Assembly: GCF_000284455.1 (NCBI RefSeq)
Contig: NC_017039.1
Location: forward strand, 1,020,001 to 1,052,000
From: Synechocystis sp. PCC 6803 substr. PCC-P
GTDB taxonomy: Bacteria; Cyanobacteriota; Cyanobacteriia; Cyanobacteriales; Microcystaceae
Length of the DNA stretch: 32,000 bases
Reading direction: 5' to 3'
Part shown: positions 18,308 to 27,259 of the stretch, piece after piece
How the letters are laid out: every line of letters begins with the position of its first letter
How positions within the stretch are numbered: position 1 is the stretch's first letter
The notes under the pieces: model-generated
Database searches by the model: none
Told to the model about the DNA's origin: nothing
The model's input: only the letters and a program-made list of their open reading frames with translations
Translations under genes and position numbers: made by a program

Positions 18308-19297
18308 GGAATTCAATAAATGCTCGGCGATCGCCAATCCCGATAGGGCTGCTCCTTCCACTTTGCCGCCATGGAAAGCATCTCCCCCAAAGTAAACTGG
18401 GCCAGGAAAATCGCCAAAGAGAAAGGGTTGATCGAGGGGATTTTGGGGATGGCTATAGCGCCAGAGATGCAAGTGGGAAGCCAACACCGCTGAACCTGAC
18501 CAGGGTTGGGCCGCGGCGGTCATTAATGCGATTACCTGTTCCGTATCGGTGGCTAAATAATGACGACTAAACTCTGGGCCTGCTTGCACTGTCACTCCGT
18601 AGCCATGGGGAGAAATTCCTTTTTTCGTACTGCAAGCCATCCAAGCCAAGGGTTCCCCCGATAACCAAAGACCACCGGGGTCAGGCACTAAACTGGGTTG
18701 TTCCAACAGTAAAGATAAACTGAAACAAGGGTCATATACCACCCCAGTCAAAGTCTGTTGAATATCGGCGGGCAAATTGATGTTAGATACTGTCAATAAT
18801 TCTAGGGTTTGGGGTAACGGGGCCGTCACCACTAGGCGATCGCCTTGGTAAATCCCCCCGGAATCACAGTGAATTTGCCAAATATTATCCTGCCAGTGAA
18901 AAGCATTAACCTTTTCCTGATTAACTACTTTCAAATCCTGGGCGAGGTATTGGGCCAAACTGCGATTGCTCGGTTCCCCTCGATATAGCTTTACCCCCTG
19001 ACTGCGGATTGTGCCTGTTTCCGTACCCATCCCTTCTGCCCAAACCTTGACCACCCCTGCCTTAATCCAATCCTCCACCCAAGCAAGAAAAAGGGGATGC
19101 TGGGCTTTGAAATATTGGGCCCCAAAATCGAAACATCCCACTGCGTCCCCATGGCGTAATCTCCGGGAAGCCAGTCTGCCCCCTATGCCCTTGCCTTTAT
19201 CCAACACGGTGACCTCCAAGCCCTGGAGTTGCAACACCACCGCCGCCATTAAACCGCAGAGACCACCACCCACAATAACCACGGATATTTGCTTCAT
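18293..19297 (-). CDS. NAD(P)/FAD-dependent oxidoreductase (renalase/amine-oxidase-like)
   Basis: N-terminal dinucleotide fold [14 protein letters not shown]...VLDKGKGIGGR. The 3' end overlaps the convergent usp gene by 15 nt. Confidence 0.8.
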   Translation of the reverse strand: MKQISVVIVGGGLCGLMAAVVLQLQGLEVTVLDKGKGIGGRLASRRLRHGDAVGCFDFGAQYFKAQHPLFLAWVEDWIKAGVVKVWAEGMGTETGTIRSQGVKLYRGEPSNRSLAQYLAQDLKVVNQEKVNAFHWQDNIWQIHCDSGGIYQGDRLVVTAPLPQTLELLTVSNINLPADIQQTLTGVVYDPCFSLSLLLEQPSLVPDPGGLWLSGEPLAWMACSTKKGISPHGYGVTVQAGPEFSRHYLATDTEQVIALMTAAAQPWSGSAVLASHLHLWRYSHPQNPLDQPFLFGDFPGPVYFGGDAFHGGKVEGAALSGLAIAEHLLNSLAKG

Positions 19298-19450
19298 TTC
19301 TGTTAAATTTTTGTTAATTTTAATTACCTAATCGTTTCATTGATCGAGCTAGTTAACCCTTTGAAGAGGAGGTAACAACTAGTCAACTATAATGTTAGAT
19401 GGAAATCAAAATCTTTTCAGAATTTGCGTCGAATTCAATGGTGATTCACC

Positions 19451-19987
19451 ATGAAAGGTCACATCAATGCTCCGGAAAAAGTTTCTCCCCACCGTATCTT
19501 GAAACTCTTTAACTTGATGGCCGTGTTTGGTCTGTTGGGGCAAGGTTTTTGGTTGCAAGCCCCTGCCTTGGGCCAAAATGCTCTCACCGTCTGTGGGGCA
19601 GAAACCGGCAGGGTCTATTTACGGGATCGTCCTAGCAATGCTAGTCAAAATGCTAACCGCACCCTAGCCAACGGCACCCCTGTGCGAGGATACGAATATC
19701 GCAACGGCTTTGTTTTTGTGGAAACCGTCAATGGTTTTTCGGGGTGGGTCACAGAACGCTATCTTTGTGGCAGTTCCCCCGTTGGAAGTTCCCCTTCCTA
19801 TATCTGTGGTGCCGAAACGGGACGGGTATATTTGCGCGATCGCCCCAGCAATAGCAGCCAAAATGCCAACCGCACCCTGAGCAATGGCACTGCAGTTAGT
19901 ACCGAGGGTTATAGCAACGGTTTCTTCCTGGTGGAAACCATGGACGGCATGAGAGGCTGGGTGACAGAGCGTTATGTTTGTCCTTGA
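19451..19987 (+). CDS. Secreted protein with two tandem SH3b-like modules
   Basis: A signal-like segment (MAVFGLLGQGFWLQAPALG) is followed by two 59-aa repeats. The start could instead be the internal Met23. Confidence 0.7.
   Translation: MKGHINAPEKVSPHRILKLFNLMAVFGLLGQGFWLQAPALGQNALTVCGAETGRVYLRDRPSNASQNANRTLANGTPVRGYEYRNGFVFVETVNGFSGWVTERYLCGSSPVGSSPSYICGAETGRVYLRDRPSNSSQNANRTLSNGTAVSTEGYSNGFFLVETMDGMRGWVTERYVCP
19592..19981 (+). repeat. Intragenic tandem duplication (two 177-nt modules, 19592-19768 and 19805-19981)
   Basis: Both modules read CGAETGRVYLRDRPSN.SQNANRTL.NGT.V...Y.NGF..VET..G..GWVTERY.C. Long stretches are identical at the nucleotide level (for example gaaaccggcagggtctatttacgggatcgtcctagcaat versus gaaacgggacgggtatatttgcgcgatcgccccagcaat). 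Confidence 0.85.
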
Positions 19988-20346
19988 TGGAAAAATGGGA
20001 AATGATATTGTAAAGTCTTTTCCTCAATAATCCTAAAACAACACTAAAACTGAAAGAATCAAATTACTTCCAACCAGCCTTGGCCATGAAGGTTAACTTT
20101 AACTAGCGGACAGCGCCCGGTTGAGGGTATTTCGCGGGTAGCCAGGGATAGATGTCCGATGAATTAATTGAAAATCTTTAGAGATAAATCTGGAGCACTG
20201 TGCCGCAAAGATACTTAGCCAGATGGGCAAGGTGAAAGTCAATGGTGATCATTGGTTAACCTATGGGGCTCAATAAAACTTTCCAAAGGTATTCCCGTCT
20301 CGTTAGAATCAGAGGTAATTCCCGAAATAGTCAGTGAATCATAACC

Positions 20347-20610
20347 ATGTCCATAATGTTGCAAGACCCCCAAATCATTCGTTTCTATCAAAAGTTAACT
20401 GATGCGATGGTGGATTTATGGAACCGTAGTCGTTCGATGGATGAAATCCGCCTCTATGTGGATGGGTTTATTGCCTGTCTGCGTTTCAGCAACCAAATTG
20501 AACCCTACTTGATCCACCGTCTGGAGGAAGAAGTCTTTGCTTTTTTAAGAGACCCTTCCAACTTCAGTTACCCTGCTTTTGAAACTGAGAAAGACTACGA
20601 CTACTTTTAG
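20347..20610 (+). CDS. Small conserved-looking hypothetical protein
   Basis: 87-aa ATG ORF with balanced composition and an acidic C-terminus. I recognised no family. Coding status rests only on ORF length and codon look. Confidence 0.5.
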   Translation: MSIMLQDPQIIRFYQKLTDAMVDLWNRSRSMDEIRLYVDGFIACLRFSNQIEPYLIHRLEEEVFAFLRDPSNFSYPAFETEKDYDYF

Positions 20611-20785
20611 CAAAATTCAGTTAATTCGTTGATCAATTAATCACCTAGCTAATCCATAGTTGAAAATAGTTAGAAAAATATACACAGGTGGGGCAAAAAA
20701 AATTGATCAATCACCAAAAATGATTCAGCATTAGGGAAGGCAGGCCCCTAGGGATTGTCATTGTTGCTTCTTTGAAGGTTTTTCC

Positions 20786-22513
20786 ATGCTCGAACAGGAC
20801 GTTGTCATTGTCGGTGGGGGTTTAGCCGGTTGTCGGGCCGCCCTAGAAATTAAGCGTCTGGCCCCTGATACCAAAGTGGCGATCGTGGCCAAAACCCATC
20901 CCATCCGTTCCCATTCTGTGGCCGCCCAGGGGGGCATTGCAGCCAGTCTGAAAAACGTTGACGCTGAAGATTCCTGGGAAGCCCATGCCTTTGATACGGT
21001 GAAGGGATCGGATTATCTAGCGGATCAGGATGCGGTGGAAATTCTCACCAAAGAAGCCCCGGAAGTAATTATTGAGCTAGAACATTTGGGAGTACTTTTT
21101 TCCCGTTTACCAGACGGTAAAATTGCCCAGCGGGCCTTTGGCGGCCACTCCCACAATCGCACTTGCTACGCCGCCGATAAAACAGGCCATGCCATTTTGC
21201 ACGAACTCGTGAATAACCTGCGCCGCAATAAGGTGGAAATTTACGATGAGTGGTATGTGATGAAACTCATCTACGAAGAAGGTGAGGCAAAGGGCTTGGT
21301 GATGTATGAAATTGCCACCGGTCGCATTGAAATTGTCCGAGCTAAGGCGGTGATGGTCGCCACGGGGGGCTACGGCCGGGTTTATAACACTACTTCCAAT
21401 GACTACGCTTCCACTGGGGACGGTTTGGCCATGGCGGCGATCGCCGGAATTCCCTTGGAAGATATGGAGTTTGTCCAGTTTCATCCCACGGGGCTATATC
21501 CGGTGGGGGTGCTAATTTCCGAAGCAGTGCGGGGGGAAGGAGCTTACTTAATTAATAGTGAAGGGCGCAGGTTTATGGAAGACTATGCCCCCAGTCGTAT
21601 GGAGTTGGCCCCCAGGGACATCACCTCCCGGGCCATTACCCTGGAAATCCGGGCGGGGCGGGGGGTTAACGCCGATGGCAGTGCTGGCGGCCCCTATGTT
21701 TACCTAGATTTGCGCCATATGGGTCGGGAAAAAATTATGAGTCGTATTCCCTTCTGTTGGGAAGAAGCTCACCGTTTAGTGGGCATTGATGCAGTGGAAC
21801 AACCGATGCCAGTGCGGCCCACAGTGCATTACTGCATGGGGGGCATTCCGGTAAATACCGATGGTCGGGTACGAAAAAATGCCAACGAGTTAACAGAAGG
21901 ATTTTTTGCTGCGGGGGAATGTGCCTGTGTTTCCGTCCATGGGGGCAATCGTTTAGGCAGTAACTCCCTGTTGGAATGTGTGGTTTATGGTCGTCGCACG
22001 GGCCGGAGCATTGCCGAATATGTCCAAGGGCGATCGCTCCCGGAAATTGACGAAGCAGTTTATAAAACTGAGGCCCAAACCCGCATTGATCAGCTTCTTA
22101 ACCAACAGGGTACAGTGCGTATTAACACCCTGCGCCAAGCTTTTCAGGATTGCATGACCAGCCATTGTGGGGTGTTCCGCTCCGAATCCTTTATGGCAGA
22201 AGGTTTGGAACAGGTACAAAATCTTAAAGCCCAGTACGGGCAAATCTTTTTGGACGATAAACAACCGCAATGGAATACGGAAGTTATTGAAGCCCTAGAA
22301 CTGCAAAGCATTATGGCAGTGGGGGAATTGATTTTAACTTCTGCGATCCAACGCCAGGAAAGTCGGGGTTCCCATGCTCGGGAAGATTTTCCCAGTCGGG
22401 ATGATGAACAATTCTTGCGCCACACCTTAGCCAGTTTTGACGGCGAACAAATAAAAGTGGAATATATGCCGGTGGTCATTAATCGCTTTGAACCGAAGGA
22501 GCGTAAATATTAA
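20786..22513 (+). CDS. sdhA: Succinate dehydrogenase/fumarate reductase flavoprotein subunit
   Basis: FAD fold [14 protein letters not shown], the covalent-FAD region [10 protein letters not shown], and [22 protein letters not shown] and [10 protein letters not shown]. No iron-sulfur subunit gene is adjacent. Confidence 0.9.
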   Translation: MLEQDVVIVGGGLAGCRAALEIKRLAPDTKVAIVAKTHPIRSHSVAAQGGIAASLKNVDAEDSWEAHAFDTVKGSDYLADQDAVEILTKEAPEVIIELEHLGVLFSRLPDGKIAQRAFGGHSHNRTCYAADKTGHAILHELVNNLRRNKVEIYDEWYVMKLIYEEGEAKGLVMYEIATGRIEIVRAKAVMVATGGYGRVYNTTSNDYASTGDGLAMAAIAGIPLEDMEFVQFHPTGLYPVGVLISEAVRGEGAYLINSEGRRFMEDYAPSRMELAPRDITSRAITLEIRAGRGVNADGSAGGPYVYLDLRHMGREKIMSRIPFCWEEAHRLVGIDAVEQPMPVRPTVHYCMGGIPVNTDGRVRKNANELTEGFFAAGECACVSVHGGNRLGSNSLLECVVYGRRTGRSIAEYVQGRSLPEIDEAVYKTEAQTRIDQLLNQQGTVRINTLRQAFQDCMTSHCGVFRSESFMAEGLEQVQNLKAQYGQIFLDDKQPQWNTEVIEALELQSIMAVGELILTSAIQRQESRGSHAREDFPSRDDEQFLRHTLASFDGEQIKVEYMPVVINRFEPKERKY

Positions 22514-22644
22514 CTTCCCTTAGCTTCAAACAAAAATACAAGGAGATTCTTTCATAGCCTATGCTTTGGCACGTATTTTACGGTCGCGGTAGAATGCTTT
22601 TGTCAAATCATGCCCAAGGGCGAAATTTCAGACCCATTTTTGTA

Positions 22645-22812
22645 ATGAGTGATCCTATTAGTTGGACTGCCGAAGCAACGGAGCGTTTAAAGGAAATTCC
22701 TTTTTTCGTTCGTCCTGCCGCCCGTAAAAAAATCGAAAATTTTGCCAGGGAAGCAGGAATCACAGAGATAACGGAAACGGTCTACGAGCAAGCTAAACAA
22801 AAGTTCAATTAG
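22645..22812 (+). CDS. Stand-alone PCP_red domain protein, resembling the C-terminal domain of protochlorophyllide reductase subunit B
   Basis: WTAEATERLKEIPFFVRPAARKKIENFAREAGITEITETVYEQAK matches the ChlB/BchB C-terminal motif (IPFFVR...). I prefer ATG 22645 (55 aa) over the track start at 22561. Confidence 0.6.
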   Translation: MSDPISWTAEATERLKEIPFFVRPAARKKIENFAREAGITEITETVYEQAKQKFN

Positions 22813-22863
22813 CTTAGCCCCGTTGGTAAGTTAATCTGAATAGCGTCAGTTTAGGTTTAAACC

Positions 22864-23208
22864 ATGGCAGAAGATACCATTTTCAGTAAAATTATCCGTC
22901 GGGAAATTCCAGCGGCGATCGTCTATGAAGATGATCTTTGCCTAGCTTTCAAGGATGTTAATCCCCAAGCGCCAGTCCATGTGCTTTTAATCCCCAAAAA
23001 GCCTTTACCCCAATTGTCAGCGGCCACCCCGGAAGACCATGCCCTACTGGGTCATCTTTTGCTCAAAGCCAAGGAAGTAGCGGCGGATCTAGGCATTGGC
23101 GATCAATTTCGCTTAGTCATTAATAACGGGGCGGAAGTGGGGCAAACTGTGTTCCATCTCCACCTCCATATCCTTGGCGGTCGCCCTTTTAGCTGGCCTC
23201 CGGGTTAA
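22864..23208 (+). CDS. HIT-family (HinT-like) nucleotide hydrolase
   Basis: IFSKIIRREIPA at the N-terminus and the histidine triad VFHLHLHILGG. Confidence 0.9.
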   Translation: MAEDTIFSKIIRREIPAAIVYEDDLCLAFKDVNPQAPVHVLLIPKKPLPQLSAATPEDHALLGHLLLKAKEVAADLGIGDQFRLVINNGAEVGQTVFHLHLHILGGRPFSWPPG

Positions 23209-23253
23209 GGGGTTATGATGGGAAAATAAATTCACTTAACAATTCTTAACGAA

Positions 23254-24135
23254 ATGCAGTCCTTTTCGCCCCAGATCACCGCACCCACAGGTAATTATTG
23301 GCACTGGCAAGGGCATGAGATCTACTATGTCCGGGCCGGACAACCCCAGCCGGATCGACCTTCTTTACTTTTAGTGCACGGCTTTGGTGCTTCCACTGAC
23401 CATTGGCGTAAAAACATTGAAGGACTCCAAGACCAGTTTCAGGTGTGGGCGATTGATCTGTTGGGCTTCGGGCGATCGGCTAAACCGGCTCTGGAATATA
23501 GCGGCCAACTGTGGGAACAGCAGTTACTGGATTTTATTGACCAGGTGATTGGGGAAAAAACCGTGGTGGCGGGCAATTCCCTAGGGGGTTACGCTTCCCT
23601 CTGTGCGGCGGCCAACGGTGGCGACAAAATTGCCGGGGTGGTGTTGCTCAATAGTGCCGGGCCATTTGGTGATCAAATTAGTGAGCGCGGTATTAATTTT
23701 GTGCAAAAAGCAATTCAAAGCTTGATGCTCCAGCCCCTACCCAGTTACTTACTGTTTCAATATTTGCGGCGCAAACCCACCATTCGGAAGACCTTACAAA
23801 AAGTTTACGTAGATCAAACAGCAGTGACCGATCGCCTGGTGGAAGAAATTTATCGTCCTTCCTGTGATGGGGGGGCGGCCCAGGTGTTTGCCTCGGTGTT
23901 TAAATCTCCCCAGGGGGAAATGGTGGATAAACTCCTGGCTAAATTACAAGCGCCCCTGTTGGCTATTTGGGGACAGGGGGATCCTTGGATGCGGGTCAAG
24001 GAAAGGAGTGTTAAGTTTCGACAACATTACCCCCAACTAACGGAGCATTTTTTGCCGGCGGGCCACTGTCCCCACGACGAAGATCCGTCCACTGTCAATC
24101 AGTTAATGCGGGATTGGTTAGCTACCATTGGTTAG
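23254..24135 (+). CDS. Alpha/beta-fold hydrolase
   Basis: HGFG oxyanion motif, nucleophile elbow GNSLGG, and C-terminal GHCPHDE (catalytic His). Confidence 0.85.
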   Translation: MQSFSPQITAPTGNYWHWQGHEIYYVRAGQPQPDRPSLLLVHGFGASTDHWRKNIEGLQDQFQVWAIDLLGFGRSAKPALEYSGQLWEQQLLDFIDQVIGEKTVVAGNSLGGYASLCAAANGGDKIAGVVLLNSAGPFGDQISERGINFVQKAIQSLMLQPLPSYLLFQYLRRKPTIRKTLQKVYVDQTAVTDRLVEEIYRPSCDGGAAQVFASVFKSPQGEMVDKLLAKLQAPLLAIWGQGDPWMRVKERSVKFRQHYPQLTEHFLPAGHCPHDEDPSTVNQLMRDWLATIG

Positions 24136-24171
24136 TCCCCTATGGTTTGGGGTTGATCCCCACCGTTTGCC

Positions 24172-24705
24172 ATGACCCCATTGACTTTTCGTAACTTAGG
24201 TCAATCTAAAGCCCCATCTATTGCGCGGACTTTGGTAACCATTGGCTTGGGTATTGGATTGGCAATGGGGACGGTGGGGTGTAGCCCTAGTTATTCCCGA
24301 TCGCCGCTGGTGGAATCTTTACCTCTGACGGCCAAGGTAACCATTGGTTCGGAAACAATTCTGTTGGAAGTCGCCACAACTCCTGCCCAGCAGGCCCAGG
24401 GCTTGATGTTTCGCACCGAACTAGCTGGTGATCGGGGGATGTTATTCACTTTTCCAGAACCCAGAATTGCCCGCTTTTGGATGAAAAATACCCTGATTCC
24501 CCTGGATATGATCTTTTTGCGGGATGGGCAAATTAAACAAATTATTACGAACGTTCCCCCCTGTAAAGCCGATCCTTGTCCCAACTACGGCCCCCTCAAC
24601 CAAGAGGTTAACCAGGTGTTGGAGCTGGGGGCAGGACGGGCGCAGCAATTAGGTTTGGAAGTTGACCAAGTGCTGGAATTTTTGCCCCTGTCGGGTAGTT
24701 TATAG
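24172..24705 (+). CDS. DUF192-family protein, probable lipoprotein
   Basis: Lipobox-like AMGTVGC after a hydrophobic N-terminus. DUF192 blocks QGLMFR, GMLFTF, FWMKNTLIPLDMIF. Confidence 0.75.
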   Translation: MTPLTFRNLGQSKAPSIARTLVTIGLGIGLAMGTVGCSPSYSRSPLVESLPLTAKVTIGSETILLEVATTPAQQAQGLMFRTELAGDRGMLFTFPEPRIARFWMKNTLIPLDMIFLRDGQIKQIITNVPPCKADPCPNYGPLNQEVNQVLELGAGRAQQLGLEVDQVLEFLPLSGSL

Positions 24706-24771
24706 TTTGAAGATTATTATCGTTAGTGCTTATATCTTTTCAGCCTAATACTCAATTTTTCTAACTCCCAT

Positions 24772-24948
24772 CTAGGTTAATTTCCTTCTGGCGATCGCCT
24801 CTAGCACCTGGCAAGCATGGCCTTGGCAGACACCGCAGTCAGCCCCTACTCCCATGGACTCGGACAACTCTTCTAGGGAGGTTATGCCCTGCTGGGCAGC
24901 CGCTTCAATTTGCTTATCGCTAATACCCCGGCAAACGCAGATATACAT
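24772..24948 (-). CDS. bfd: Bacterioferritin-associated ferredoxin-like (BFD-like [2Fe-2S]-binding domain) protein. It is not in the ORF track because it is under 60 aa.
   Basis: My hand translation of the minus strand gives MYICVCRGISDKQIEAAAQQGITSLEELSESMGVGADCGVCQGHACQVLEAIARRKLT* (58 aa). The Cys pattern C-x-C ... C-x2-C and the opening MYICxC are characteristic of Bfd. Confidence 0.75.
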   Translation of the reverse strand: MYICVCRGISDKQIEAAAQQGITSLEELSESMGVGADCGVCQGHACQVLEAIARRKLT

Positions 24949-24995
24949 AAGGACTTTTCCGTAAATTTTGAGAGAAGATTTTATAGAAAGCTATT

Positions 24996-25014
24996 GCAAA
25001 TTATTTTCATTATG
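24996..25014 (-). promoter_or_regulatory. Fur-box-like operator upstream of bfd
   Basis: The minus strand reads CATAATGAAAATAATTTGC. That is 14 of 19 matches to the E. coli Fur consensus GATAATGATAATCATTATC. It lies 48-66 nt upstream of the bfd ATG. Confidence 0.3.
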
Positions 25015-25169
25015 CATCAACAGGGCAGAAAAAACAATTTTTTGGGGCCGGTTTGCCGTAGGTGCAAAGGCTAGACAGAATTACAAGTTACTTTTGCCGG
25101 GGTCTACCCCCTATAGCCCTTAAATAATAGACTCTATGCACTATCTTGCTGAATGGTTCTCAATGTCCA

Positions 25170-26621
25170 TCAAAATTTTTCCAGAAGATGACTAACAAAA
25201 AAGGGAATGACTTCAAATTGATTTTGATATAGTTCCACCAACGTCACTGGAGCTTCCGGTGGAATCATGCCCGATTGATACTGCAAAACAATTAGCATAT
25301 TCCAAAAAGCAAAAAACGCTGTGACAAAAGCAGCCCATTTTTGCCAGCGACGACCAGAAATTTTTTGCCAAAAATTAGCTATGCCAAATACAAATAAAAA
25401 AGTGCAATTACTAAACATTCTCCCCCCCACACTAGCGCCCTGCCACCAAGACCACCAAGCGGCAATAAAGTAAACTTGAGCCAAGAAAGTTACCAACAAA
25501 ATGGTGTTTAAACGGGGCAACAGTCTCCAACCTAGCACTAAACCAACCACCGCTAGTAAGGTTATGGGGTGCCAAATAAATAAGCCCCGATGACCGGAGA
25601 ATAACACTTGCCAAAGGGATGGTTGCAACCAATTGAAACTGCCCCCGTGACCCGTAGCTTGTCCTTCTTCTAAATAGGGAATGCGCTCAATGCCACCATA
25701 CTGCCAAAGATAAATTAATAGCTGGGGAATTTGCATTAGCATCGCCACTGTCAACATCACTAGCAGTGGTTGCCAAAATTTTCTCTTAGTAATATTGGTA
25801 AAAATAGTTTGACTAGCTTTTCCCCAATGAATTGCTGAAATGGTTGTTAAACTCGGTTGTTGATTACCCAATGGTTGCGTTTCAAACCCGATCGCCGCCA
25901 CCAATATTGGTGCGAGGAAAAACAGCACATCCTGGGGCCGCACCCAAGCGGCAAAGGCGATCGCCAAAGCGAGCATAATCTGCCAACGGCCATCGGTTAA
26001 CCAAGGTTTAGTGAATATGCCGTACAAAAATAAGGCGATTAAAAAAGCGGAAACTGCATGGGACATGGACACTTCTAGGAATAGGTAATAGCTCAATGGT
26101 GAAGCAAACCAAATTCCACCTACGGCCAGTAAACAACTTATGTGGGAAAAATAACGCCGAGCAAAACGATAACTCAGGGCTAAACCAGTGATGCCCAAAC
26201 CAACGCTTCCCAAGCAATAAAATAGTTCGTAGGGCCAAGACATACCATTGATGGGAATGGCATTATTAAACTGATGTAAAATCAAGGCAACTACATGACC
26301 TAGAGCAAAGAATGGTAACAGAACTATGCCTAGCCCCACCGTGTATTTGCTGTATTCTGGAATGGGCCCAAATACCCGGGGACTGCTGTTGAATTGTCCT
26401 GCGGTTTCAGCATAATAGCTATATTCGTTATCTACCCTGAGATTACCATCAAATAATAGAGATCTCAGGGGAGTGTAATAGCCCAATCCATCACCGTACA
26501 CCCCAAAGCCAGTGACAAAAAACTTAAGTAGAAAAATCCCCAGGGTAACAGCTATGGCAATTAAAAAGCAGTATTTAAGATTTTTTTCGTCGTTAATGAA
26601 GTGAAAAAATTTACCCATCAT
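25170..26621 (-). CDS. Large polytopic membrane protein, probable GT-C-fold (PMT/ArnT-like) glycosyltransferase
   Basis: 483 aa with at least 10 hydrophobic helices. The first loop is acidic and aromatic (YGDGLGYYTPLRSLLFDGNLRVDNEYSYY), as in lipid-linked-sugar transferases. It lies 35 nt downstream of a GtrA-like gene. Confidence 0.6.
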   Translation of the reverse strand: MMGKFFHFINDEKNLKYCFLIAIAVTLGIFLLKFFVTGFGVYGDGLGYYTPLRSLLFDGNLRVDNEYSYYAETAGQFNSSPRVFGPIPEYSKYTVGLGIVLLPFFALGHVVALILHQFNNAIPINGMSWPYELFYCLGSVGLGITGLALSYRFARRYFSHISCLLAVGGIWFASPLSYYLFLEVSMSHAVSAFLIALFLYGIFTKPWLTDGRWQIMLALAIAFAAWVRPQDVLFFLAPILVAAIGFETQPLGNQQPSLTTISAIHWGKASQTIFTNITKRKFWQPLLVMLTVAMLMQIPQLLIYLWQYGGIERIPYLEEGQATGHGGSFNWLQPSLWQVLFSGHRGLFIWHPITLLAVVGLVLGWRLLPRLNTILLVTFLAQVYFIAAWWSWWQGASVGGRMFSNCTFLFVFGIANFWQKISGRRWQKWAAFVTAFFAFWNMLIVLQYQSGMIPPEAPVTLVELYQNQFEVIPFFVSHLLEKF

Positions 26622-26656
26622 TATCCATTCCTTCCATCACACCAATGGGCTACAAA

Positions 26657-27085
26657 TTAAGCTTTCTTTTTCGGTTTACGCCAGACCCAAAGAAAGTTAG
26701 TGGCCATGCTCCAAAATACGGTAATCATGGTGGCAACGATAGCCGCTATTTTATGGTCCCAGCCCAATTTATTGCCCAAAATTACAATAATTAAACTCCA
26801 GAGAAAAAAGCCACTGAAATTGGCCACATGGTATTCCCAACAGCGTTGCCAAGAAAGGTTAGGATTACGAAATACCCAGAGGTCAATCGCCCCGTAACGA
26901 ATGATGGTAATGACTTCGGCGGAGAGGACGGAAGCCCAGGTGAGGCCCATGCCGAGGGACACTTTGAACCAATCCAAGAGGACAACGTTCAAAACCATGG
27001 CAATAATGCCAATGATCCACCAGCGCACCATGGCGTTTTGCCAAAGGCGTTGTAAATAAACGGGCAAGGTTTCCCTGGTAATCAT
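26657..27085 (-). CDS. GtrA-family membrane protein (polyprenol-linked sugar translocation family)
   Basis: 142 aa with four predicted helices. It has the GtrA-like R/W-rich start (VRWWIIG), a WVF motif (IDLWVFRN) and a basic C-terminus (WVWRKPKKKA). Confidence 0.7.
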   Translation of the reverse strand: MITRETLPVYLQRLWQNAMVRWWIIGIIAMVLNVVLLDWFKVSLGMGLTWASVLSAEVITIIRYGAIDLWVFRNPNLSWQRCWEYHVANFSGFFLWSLIIVILGNKLGWDHKIAAIVATMITVFWSMATNFLWVWRKPKKKA

Positions 27086-27259
27086 GGCGAAGTCAGTAAA
27101 GGGCAGATAATCCGGCTATTATACTGGTCAATGTTCTAGGAAAATTGGCATCTAATTGCAAATAGGGGCTAAATTTTTCCCCTGCAGGGTAACGCAAAGT
27201 TTTGGAGCTTGGCCCTGAATTGATGCAACGGCAAACTGGCAAACTAAATCATCTTTTTT

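Noticed and set aside
19361-19393. TATAAT at 19388-19393 with TTGAAG at 19361-19366, upstream of the SH3b gene, as a possible sigma-70 promoter.
   Set aside because: The spacer between the hexamers is 21 nt, against a usual 16-18. A lone TATAAT in AT-rich intergenic DNA is weak evidence.
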